Source of the DNA: Eledone cirrhosa
Taxonomy: Eukaryota
Length of the DNA: 64,000 nt
NCBI GenBank assembly: GCA_964016885.1
Contig: OZ024740.1
Coordinates: 360,716,001-360,780,000 of the forward strand
Direction: 5' to 3'
The notes under the pieces: generated by a model
What the model saw: the letters and a program-made list of their open reading frames with translations, nothing else
Told to the model about the DNA's origin: nothing
The model's database searches: none
Shown here: positions 53,576 through 64,000 of the stretch, piece by piece
How positions within the stretch are numbered: position 1 is the first letter of the stretch
Layout: every line of letters begins with the position of its first letter
Position numbers and translations under genes: made by a program

Positions 53576-55026
53576 TCTTAAATATACAGGAGGACCTCCA
53601 ATAGTGATTATTGAATAACATCGCAAATGTTATCATATCAATATTAAAGAATGACCCAGTGTGAACTTCACCCTCATAGGATTTGTACTTGTCTAATGGT
53701 CATATGCACATGATAAATACTTCTCTTCATTCAACATATAAATATATTTGAGCAGGTAGCTGTTAAAGAAACCTGGCTGATAACAAGGTTAAACAGTTTA
53801 CTTATCACACAATAACAGCAGCAGATGAACTATGGAATTACATTAATGCTTTTTTTCCCTCATTTTAAATAATCACCATCATTTTATATCTGTTTACTCA
53901 AACATCTGTCATGCTCATACATTCCATTTTTGGCAGGATCTTTACAGCTGGATGTCCTTCCTAATGCCAATCACTTTACAGAACAGAAGTTGCAAAGGAA
54001 ACTGGAGATTGGGCTGAATGAAATCATTATCATCATCATGCTGGCATGGATTGGATGAGATGTTTTTGCCCTTCCTGACACGACCCCTTTTTTGCCTGTT
54101 ATGATATGCAAGAATATAGTGTTCCTATTCTATAAGCCAGAATACAGATAGCAATATAGTGTTAAAATGAAAATGAAATGAAATGGAATTAACAGCTCAA
54201 GCCTATGCAGGTTTAGCTGGTCTCTTATGATATTGAATCTTATAAGAGGTTTGTAATGTGTTTCAGTGATAGGGCCCCAGACCTATCATGAAATGCAACA
54301 TGAAATGATGCATCATCTTGCTCAGGAATACAATGCACTCCATGTCATGATCCAGGAATGAAACCTATGACTCTATGATTGTGAGCCCAAAACCTTAACC
54401 ACAATGTCATGCACTTCAAATGTAGTGTTGAGGTAATAATAATAGTTTCTAATTTAGGGATAGGCCAGTAATGTGGGGTGAAGAGAAAGTATGCAACCTC
54501 AACCCCGTTCACTGGAACTTGATTTTATTGATTCTGGGAGGATAAAAGACAAAATTGACTTGAGCAAGATTTAAATTCAGAATGTAAAGATCAGGAACAA
54601 ATGATAGTAAGAAATATTCAAATTATGGCAGAGGAACATGATATGGACCTTTCACTCCTCATGGACTCATAGCAGAACTGTTATGACATACTTGGACACT
54701 TACACCTAGCAGAGACCATCCCTCTCCAAATTAGAACACAACCAATTTCTTTAATCGGAAGAGAAAGAGTGTAAGAGAGAGAAAGCAAGAAAGACATATA
54801 GAGGAAGATTCAACTCTCAGTACTAGACTGATACACAATTTATCATCTAAACACATAGACACAACTGTGAAGAATGAAAGGAAAAGTTGACCTCAGAAGA
54901 ATTTGAACAGAGAGCACAGAGAACTGGAAATACCAGAATTCTAATGACTCAGCCAATTCAATGGCTTAAGGAAAAGAAATATTGAAATATAGGTAATAAA
55001 GGATGTAATAATATATGATATGATAC

Positions 55027-55238
55027 CTGGTTGATGTTCCAACCACCTTCAACAAGTTTCTTCACTACAGCAAGATGACCGTATTCCACGGCAATGTGGA
55101 GGGGGGCAATAGATGCTGAACAGTTTTTCTTACATCGTGGCTGAGCAAGTAGTAGTTCAACAACCTCATCATCACCTTTCTCACAGGCTAATAATAACGG
55201 AGTTTGGCCATTAGTATTGCACTTGTTTAGTTCACAAC
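55027..55238 (-). CDS. ASB-like protein, penultimate exon
   Basis: Acceptor ctttgacag|, (G)CELNKCNTNGQTPLLLACEKGDDEVVELLL...APLHIAVEYGHLAVVKKLVEGGWNINQ, donor |gtatca. Two ankyrin repeats; phases consistent with neighbours. Confidence 0.9.
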
Positions 55239-57090
55239 CTGTCAAAGAAAACAGCAGTAGATTATACCTTTAATATAGGGAGGGTGAAGAGATCAAATAA
55301 CAACAAAATAATTGTGATGATGACAATGGTGGTGGTGGTGGTGGTTATAATGCTGCTGCTGGTGAGGATGAAAAGTATCTTTTTGGAGGGAGAGTGAACA
55401 ATTTTTAACATCATGCAATGATATAACAAAAAAATCTACAAATGAGCTTCTTAATTCAAATGTTCATATCTTTACTAGTGGACAGATTGTAAAAATGTGC
55501 AGCATTAGACCAATTAATTTAATTTTTAATATGATGCAGTCATACTACTGTTTTGAACTTTTCAACAGGGTCTTGCTAATGTGGTTTCATGTTCATTGTT
55601 AATTTAAATGTTTATAGTATCTTTACTAGAGGACAGATGTTTTTGAAAACTTGCAGTATTAGAATAAAGACTTTAATTTTTAATATGCAGTCACAGCACT
55701 GTTTTATAATTTTCAAAAAATGTCTTGCTAATGTAATTTCATCAGCACCATCATCATCATCATTGTTTTCATGTTTGTTGTTCCACGCTTGCATGGGTTA
55801 GACAGGTCCTTCTTAGCACGGCATCTCTCCACTTGTCATGTTCCTTCATCATTTCCTCTGTGAGTCTCAGTGATTTGAGGTCAGCTCTCACAACCTCTGC
55901 CCAGATCTTTCTTGGTCTACCTCTACTGCAGCTTCCTTCCACTAGCACTTCTTCACCCAACCATCATATGTCCATACCAACAGACTTCTCTCCTGCACAC
56001 CACCTTGGATTCCACTTAAACCCAGCTTTTCCCTCAACTCGTCCAGGCTCTGCTTTTCTCTCACATTTACATTGCACATCCAATGGAGCATGGTAGCTTC
56101 ATTTCTGTCCAGTCTACACATGTCCTCTGCAGTCACAGCCCATGTTTCAGTACTATGCAGCATCACACTTCGCACACAAGTGTCATACAGTTGTCCTTTT
56201 GTACGTAGGGAGAAACCTTTTGTGGTTAACACTAGGAGTAGCTCTCTAAACCTTTTCCATCCTATCCTTATTTTAGCTATTATGTGCTTTGTTAATAGTA
56301 TCTTTACTAGCTGACAGATCTGTGTGTAAATTTGTAGTATTAGAGTAAAGATTTTGATTTTTAATGTGTTGCAGTCCATTATGCTGTTGTTTTTTTCAAA
56401 AATGTCCTGCTAATGCAGTTTCATGTGGTACAGAATGTTAAGAGTTAATAAAATTGTTTTATAAACTGTTGAACAAGCAAAAGAAACCATTCTGCCAATA
56501 ACTGAAAATAATATGTTGACTGCCCGTTGGTTCTGACTATGAGTGTTCCAGTTGTTCAACCAATGGAACAGCCTGCTATGAAATTAACATAGATGTAACA
56601 GAATAGTCCACAAACACGTGCACCCTTAACCCTTTAGTATCCTACTAGAATTCTCTCACCTCTTTTTGTTCAAACCAGCTGTAACCGGCTACTCATATTC
56701 ATCTTAAGGTATTGTTCTCAAAACAAATAAATCAAAATCTCATAAATTTGATATCATGTGAGATAATTATATGAGGTAAAGTCTTTACCATGAAAATGTA
56801 ATAGTAAATATAGAGTAATGTAAATGCTAAAGGGTTAATTTAGTTCTAAGGGAGCTTTAAGTGTGACAAGTGTGTCACAAAGAAGGTCTTTTGAATTATA
56901 GATTCAACTCATTTTTGTCAGCGGGGTGGGCTAGAGCAATGTGAAATAATGATAAAGTGTCTTACACATGGAGCCAACACACTGTTCAGTTCAGAAATCA
57001 AACTTATGACCTTACAATCATGAGCTGAACATCCTAACCACTAACTCACAAGACATCATAAAAAATAATTTGAGAGAGAGAGACTGGTAC

Positions 57091-57217
57091 CTGATTCAAC
57101 AAAGAAACGAACAGCTTTGATATTATGGGCAGCAATAGCAACATGAAGAGGTGTCATCTTTTCTGTCTTCTCTTGTAAGTTGATGTCAGCACCATTCTTC
57201 ACAAGATATTCTGTTAT
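57091..57217 (-). CDS. Ankyrin repeat and SOCS box (ASB-like) protein, internal exon
   Basis: Acceptor ttgttccag|, ITEYLVKNGADINLQEKTEKMTPLHVAIAAHNIKAVRFFVES(G), donor |gtacca (phase 1). Contains the ankyrin GADIN/TPLH consensus. Upstream exons not identified in this window. Confidence 0.85.
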
Positions 57218-57249
57218 CTGGAACAAAAAAAAAAACACCATGGTAATAT

Positions 57250-57580
57250 GGTAGACATCACCACACAATAGAGACATAACAACAGAATGGAGACATCACA
57301 ATGTAGTGGAGACATCACAATACAGTGGACATCACAACACAGTGGAGACAACTCAACACAATGGCAACATCACAACACAGTGGAGACATCACAACAGATT
57401 GAAAATACCACATCACAGTAGAGATATCACAACAGAATGGAAACACCACAACACAGTGGAGACATCACAGTATAATAGAGACAACACAGCACAAAAGAGA
57501 CATCACAACACAGTAGAAACAACACAACATGCTAGACATTACAATACAAAGAAGACCTCACAGCACAATATAATCACAGC
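57250..57580. repeat. ~19-bp minisatellite
   Basis: Repeated GGAGACATCACAACACAGT variants next to the ASB exon acceptor. Confidence 0.8.
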
Positions 57581-59004
57581 AAAGTGTCATTCAATGAAAG
57601 GGAGACATTCTTGAGTTCAGTGGAGAAGGTGGAGGTTGTATAAGTTTACAAAACTATCTATAGCAATAACAATCTGTCATTGGTTGGTTGAGGGCTGTTA
57701 CTGTTAACCACTACATACATACACACAAACGTACTCACACACATGCATACATATATATACACACACACATACATACATATATATACACACACACATCTAA
57801 TAAGTCAATTTCTTTCAGCTTATGATGTTGAAGACATTCATGAAATTTTGGCTGCTGACAATAGAGTTCCTGCCATTGTTGGTGGCTCAGCTTACCAACA
57901 TATTAGGTGATGCTCATGTTAAGGGTGCTTGGCTATTCCAACACAGAACGGTTCAATCCCACTGCATGGCATCTTAGGCATGTGTCATTTATCATAGCCT
58001 CATGTCAATATATGCATTGCAAATGAAATTGGATAGCACAAAAGCTGTTTGGAAACCCAGTCAGATGAATCCATCTGATCTGTAATTTAAAGAGCCAGCC
58101 TTGTTACAAACACTGTGTTACACTGAATCTCCCTGAGAATTACATTTAGGGTACAAGTGTCTGGACATGGTACTATTTGCTCAGTTTGACAAAATATGCT
58201 GAATTATTTCTTGAATTGCAATATGATGATTGCTTTATCCTCAATTGTCTTTAGTATTCTTTACAAATGCTTTTAGTCTATACCACTATCCTATTTCAAT
58301 CTACATTTACATATATGTGTTAACAACCTACTTGCTGTTCTACACCTTAAAATACCTGTCAGTTTACTGAACTTTAGCTTTGCTCCAAATTTGTCATTCT
58401 GTTACCAAATCTCCTCATAAAACCTCTTTCACACCTATATATTTATTCTTTTATTCTTTTACTAGTAGATCAGTGCCATTAATAATTATGGCAATAGTGT
58501 TAAACGTATCTAATTTTTAAAGTCCAGTATTACTATGCCATATAATAATAATAATAATAATAATAATGAAATATTGTGTACAGTGCTCAGGTGCACTACA
58601 ACTCATCAAAAAGTGTATGTATAGTACATAGGGTAATGTACAAACGTCAGGAAAATGAACAGTGCATGAGTCATGATATACACATGTGTATGGAAGGGGT
58701 ACATCAGGTGTAGTTTTGGCGTATTTCAGGAAGCATGAGTGTCTTAAAGGATTACCAGATGTACAAACAATCATACAAATTGGAATATTGCTGTTTTGAT
58801 AAAGTTATAGTTTGCATAAGAGAAACACTATAGTTTATGTTGATTAAAGATTAAAATGGTATTTTAATAATCTATTTCTAAATACAAAGATAAATGTCTG
58901 AGGACCCTGTGATTGGAAAGTAAACTTCTGACTGTAGCAACATAATCGAAGTAGGAATTGCATTCAGTGTATGCATGTAAATTTTTAAGTTATAGACAGA
59001 GATC

Positions 59005-60860
59005 ATCATCATTGTTTTTACATCCGCTTTTCCACGCTTGCAGTGGTTGGATGCGTCCTTCTCAGCATGGCATCTCTCCGCTTGTTGTGTTCCTTCGTCA
59101 TCTCCTCTGCCAGTCTTAACGATTTGAGGCCTACTCTCACAACCTCTGCCCAAGTCTTTCTTGGTCGTTCCCTATCAAGGCTTCCTTCCACTGGGATTTC
59201 CTGGCATTTTTTCACCCATTGGTCATTGTCCATGTGAATCACATGTCCATACCAATGCAGTCATCTCTCCTGCATACCATCTCAGATTACCCTTAAACCC
59301 AGCTTCTCTCTCAGCTCGAAGCTCTGCCTTTCTCTCACATTTAAACTGCCTATCCAACGAGACATTTCTCTCCAGTCTATGTATGTCTGCAGCAGTCACA
59401 GCTCATGTTTTACTACCATGCAGCATTGCGTACCACACACAGGCATCATACAGCCTTCCTTACATAGGGAGAAACATTTTGTTGTCAGCAGTTCTCTAAA
59501 TTTCTTCCATCCTTTCCTTATTTTAGCTATTATACTCTTGGCGCACCCTCCTCTACTGCTAATTAAGTCACCTAGATAGCAAAAGCTATCAACCCCGTCT
59601 ATGGATCCCTCCTGTGACTAGAAAAGGTTAGGGTTAGGGAATCTGGGTCCTGCTTTCTCTCCTACTCATTAGCACTTTGGTTTTGGCTAAGTTTACAATC
59701 AGGCCTTTTGATTCCAAATTCAGTTTCCATAATCAGAATTTATTTTCTAACTCTTTTTTTGGGTTACAGAAATAAGAACCAAATCATCTGCATAGAGAAG
59801 TTCCCATGGGCAGCCCGTTTTAAACTCCTCTGTTATGACCTGAAGAACTATAATGAACAGCTGTGGGCTAAGGACTGAACCTTGATGAACTCCTACCTAT
59901 ACCTTGAATTACTACTTTCACCTTACTGACAGTTCCTCTATACATAGCTTGCACTGCTCTCACAAGCCATTCTTCTACACCTAATTTCCTTAAGGACCAC
60001 CAGATAATAGATCGATTTTTGGCTAGGAACTTCTCTTGTAGTTGCCTCACTAAGAAAAGGGCATCTGTAGTACTTTTCCCAGACATGAAACCAAACTGCA
60101 TCTCATCTATTTTGACTCTTTCCCTAATTAGCTGCGCAATAACTCTTTCGGTCACTTTCATAACTTGGTCCATTATTTTTACTCCTCTTTCGTTGCTCCT
60201 TCCTAGAACATCACTTTTGCCCTTGTAGCAATTTATGATTGCATTGCTGCACCAGTCATTGGGTATGACTCCGTTATGTTTTACTTGGTTTACTATGCAG
60301 GTTACTAGTTTGACTCCTTCCTCTTTCAGCAACTATTTCTGATAGTCCTTCAGCTTTACCCCTTTTCATCTGCTTGATTGCATTTTTTACCCTAAAGCTA
60401 TCAACTGCAATAGCTGGTCCTTCCTTTGGGTAAGTTGGGGATAGTTTCCCTTCCTCCATTTCATTAATCTCTCATAGTAATGCACTGGGTAATTGCTGGC
60501 CTTGTGCCTAAAGTAGAAACAATTAATCTCTCATAGTAACATTTCCAGGCCTTTTTCTTTTGGGAACCAGTGGTGTTAAGTGCACCAGCATCATTTCTAA
60601 CACATTATCCCCCAACAACATCTCGATTCATACTAACACACTGCCTTGCAATACGGAACACTGTATGCCTCTGATCTTCACGTCTCAAGACATTGGCAAA
60701 TTTACATTCTTTAGTCTCTCTCTGAGCTGTGTATACTTGTCATCTAGCTTCTTTCTTGGCTACTTGGTACCAGTCTCTGTTAACCCCATTTTCCCAGTCT
60801 TTCCATGTCTGTCTCTTGGCTTTAATGGCTGCATCTACTGTGCTGTTCCACCACCAGGTC
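59005..60860 (-). mobile_element. RTE-clade LINE, degenerate
   Basis: IPNDWC..YKGK, MQFGFMSGKSTTDA, WWSLRKLGVEEWLV, RPRKTW; (CAT)n tail at the left. Contains a 5'-truncated SINE tail with TSD ATTAATCTCTCATAGTAA near 60463-60539. Confidence 0.85.
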
Positions 60861-63560
60861 ACCCCACTACATATTTTTTGAAGCCTGGTACCTATTTTAT
60901 CAATCTCATTTTTATGGAACTGCTAAGTTACAGGACATAAACACAGACACAAATGTAAACATAGATTCAGACACACACATACACATGTGGTCAACCCGAG
61001 TCTCAAGTAGGTGACACTTGCTCCAAGTACTGTGCAGAGGGACTGAATCCAGAACTACATGGTTCTAAAGGAAATTCCTTAACTACACAGCCATGCCAAT
61101 ACCTTATATGTATTCTGTTATCCTCAAATTCTCCTACTAGTTTCAGTCAATAAACTGCACTCATGCTGGGGTAGTTAGTTGATCAGAACAACATACTCAT
61201 CACATGTACACATTTTGAAAATAATCAAGATTCTAAACAGTTTCAGTAATATAACTAACTTTCTCATTATTGAATTGGTATTTGAAATATAACTTAACAA
61301 AGGTATTTACATAAAATTATGATGGAACGTTTTTAGATCAATATAAACACTTTAAAATAAAAAGTTTTGTAGTGTAGAACCAAGGGCAGTTTCAGGTGGT
61401 TTGGTATCAAAAGGGTTACCCCTTTCAGTGCCATATTTCTAATGAAAAGCACTGTCTATAACTCTTAAATCATTTCAAAAATAATCAAAAATTTGAATGA
61501 ATTTAATAATATAATTAACATTCTTATCATTAAGCTGATGTTTGTAACACAACTTAACAAAAGTTCTTACATAAAATTCTGATGGAAGGTTTTTAGATAA
61601 ATATAAACAATTCAAAATAAACAGTTTTGTTTAGAACCAGGTTCAGTTTGAGATGGTTTTGTGTTAGAGAGGTTAACTTTTCCTCACTTACAACCTCCAA
61701 TATTGAAGGTAACACAGCTATTGACTAACATGACAATAACTAACAAATGTTCGAAGACCTTTTCTTTGCAGGAACATAGGCTAAACTTGCAGGCACAATA
61801 ACATGCTTTATACTCACCATTTGATATGAAAAGAGTTAAGTACATAGATTAAAGTAACAAATGGTTAACTCGATATGTTTCCTGATGATGTCATCATTTA
61901 AACAGTTCTACTGATTAACAATCAATATATTTCAGACATGGTCCAGAGTTTATCACTAACAAGTTTATCACCTCCCATGGGTACAAGCTGAAGCATATAG
62001 ACAATATGCCCCCACACCCCCCACCGCAAGGTGGTCATGGAGGTGCCACGGCAAAAAAGCACCCAGCCCACACTGTAAAGTGGACGTGTAGGCGCCACGA
62101 AAAAGCACCCAGCACTCACTGTAAATGAGGTTGGTGTTAGGAATGGCAGCTGTAGAAATCAAGCCAAATCAGTTCCTGTATGAGCAAGGCATGGTCAGCC
62201 GACCAGACACTGCCCACAACAGGACAACCCGTCTAACCCATGCTAGTGTGGAAGAACGGACGTAAAACGCTGATGATGATGATGATGATGATGAATAAAC
62301 TGCAGGTATTATCAGAGGCCAGTTAACATGAAACTGTAGGTTTATATAATGGAATATTTTTTTATACATGTGGCATAATTAATGTAACTGCAATGGTGGT
62401 GATTGTAGTAATTGCTGTGATGTTATATGTGTGTGTGCATCATCATCATCATTTAATGTCTGTTCCATGCTAGCATAGATTGGACAGGTTGTCACAGACT
62501 AAATCAGCACTTAATCATAGCCCCTGTACTAACAGATGGGCATGTAGCCACATCTCACTCATGTACATTCCTACACTATGCAGAGTGTATTGGGTGCAAT
62601 TTATTGCGGTACCAAAACTAGGGAGGTTATGGTCCCCTCAACCCTTTGTTTATATATATATGTAATCATTATCATCAGTGTTTTTGTGTCTGCTTTCCAT
62701 AGTGGCATGAGTTGAATGGGTTGTTATGGTTCAAGATTAGATAGGTCAGGATGCCCTGATCTCACTCACATGTTCCATATTCAGCATGATTTCTATGGCT
62801 GGATAACCTTCCTAACACCAACCCACATATATACACACATACATTAACATCATCAACATAATCATCATTGTGTAATGTCCACTTTCCCTGTTAACAAGAG
62901 TTGGACAGGTCTACATAGACCAAGTCATTATTGAAACAGGGTTACTGACCTCCCAAACAGGCCGAGGATCTGCATCCCGCTTATGTACGGTCTCACGTTC
63001 TACCGAGTGCACAGGAAAGTTTGTCTTGTCTTTTACACAACTTAAGGGTCCAACAACCCTTTGTTTGGAAAGCTTTCTACGGCTGGAAGCCTTTCCTATC
63101 ACCAACCACTTTACAGCGTGTACTGGGTACACTTATTGTGTAGATCACCAACACTAGGGAGGTTGCTGCACCATGACATGACTAAAGGGTCCTCTTAACT
63201 CCTTTTTTTATAGACATGGTTTCTACAACAGCATCCCTTTCCTGTCACCAACCACCTTACAGGGTTATAAAATGATAGCACATTTTATCAACTTATAAAA
63301 TAAATAATTGTTCAAGCCAGCATGAAAGACTATATGTGGACGCATCATTTGTTGGAAACAGTTGCCAGATTTCCCTCAAACACCCTACCGGTTTGAAAAA
63401 TAGGCAGGATTGTCATAACTGGAACAGGTTTGTTTAGTCAGAGTTGACCTATGGCTAAACAACAGAAATAGATAAATAATTTTTATTTTTTAGAATTGTA
63501 CTTGTTTGGTGAGTCACTTAATCAAAGACCATGTGTTGAAACTGAAGTATTAAGATTAAC

Positions 63561-63812
63561 GAAAAGTTATTCTAACCATTCAAAAAACACAAAAACTTAA
63601 ATTCACTTTACATTTATCATTTAATTCTTGGTAGGGCTAGTGCTACAATAAATTGGCACCAGTATTATCATTTTACAGAATGCACTGGGTGCATTTTATC
63701 ATGGCACCAGCACTACCACTTTACAGGTTGCACTGGGTTCAATTTATAAATGATAAATGTAAAGTGAATATAACAGTTTTATGTGTTTTTTGAATGGTTA
63801 AAATGACTTTTC
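63561..63812. repeat. MITE-like inverted repeat
   Basis: GAAAAGTTATTCTAACCATTCAAAAAACAC...ATTCACTTTACATTTATCATTT is inverted at ~63748-63812. Confidence 0.55.
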
Positions 63813-63814
63813 TT

Positions 63815-64000
63815 GCTCTCTCCTCACTGACCTCGATACTTGTATCTGAGCAGCAGCCGAGGGGATATGCAACGTCAAGTTTGACGACATAGGGTGGCAA
63901 CAGGCCACTTTACCGGTCAGGTATGGTGGCCTAGGCCTCCGGTCCTCGATCTCACTAGCTTTGCCGGTGTATCTTTCGTCAGTAACCTCGTGCTGCGTCC
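63815..64000 (+). mobile_element. CRE-clade non-LTR retrotransposon fragment (runs off right edge)
   Basis: Not in the ORF track. LLTDLDTCI*AAAEGICNVKFDDIGWQQATLPVRYGGLGLRSSISLALPVYLSS matches the WxQAxLPxxxGGLGxR...AYLxS pattern of CRE RT C-terminal regions. Confidence 0.7.

Noticed and set aside
57250-57580. Regularly spaced repeats resembling a CRISPR array
   Set aside because: Head-to-tail degenerate minisatellite with no unique spacers, in a eukaryotic intron.
58895-58935. CTGAGGA...GAAA hammerhead-like spacing
   Set aside because: No credible stem I or stem II; chance match.
61800-61920. Strong minus-strand donor (GTGAGT) as a possible upstream ASB exon
   Set aside because: The preceding sequence shows no ankyrin-like open frame or clear acceptor.

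Overview
Eukaryotic, AT-rich, repeat-dense animal genomic DNA. It is most likely an octopus or other coleoid cephalopod, inferred from the (TA)n/(CA)n/(CAT)n microsatellites, tRNA-SINEs, RTE LINEs and (TTAGGG)-like repeats; this is not proven. Two spliced minus-strand host genes are visible. (1) An SLC15/POT proton-coupled peptide transporter with 4 coding exons (28690-28450, 6758-6660, 4272-4187, 798-659), a 21.7-kb first intron, and a continuation off the left edge. (2) The last three coding exons of an ankyrin-repeat + SOCS-box (ASB-like) gene (57217-57091, 55238-55027, 51431-50901). The rest is nested mobile DNA: RTE, CR1, R4/Dong and CRE non-LTR fragments, two Penelope-like elements, a Gypsy provirus with TSD, a solo LTR, DD37D (maT) Tc1/mariner relics, hAT/pogo/mariner/piggyBac-type MITEs, a Helitron remnant and many SINEs. 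The most notable unannotated signal is a set of non-coding elements embedded in (TA)n tracts that carry type I hammerhead ribozymes, mostly with palindromic stem III. One is a 1.3-mer of a 769-nt retrozyme/pLTR-like unit whose hammerhead has a ~100-nt branched stem II. Several large fold-back palindromes also lie inside the SLC15 introns.
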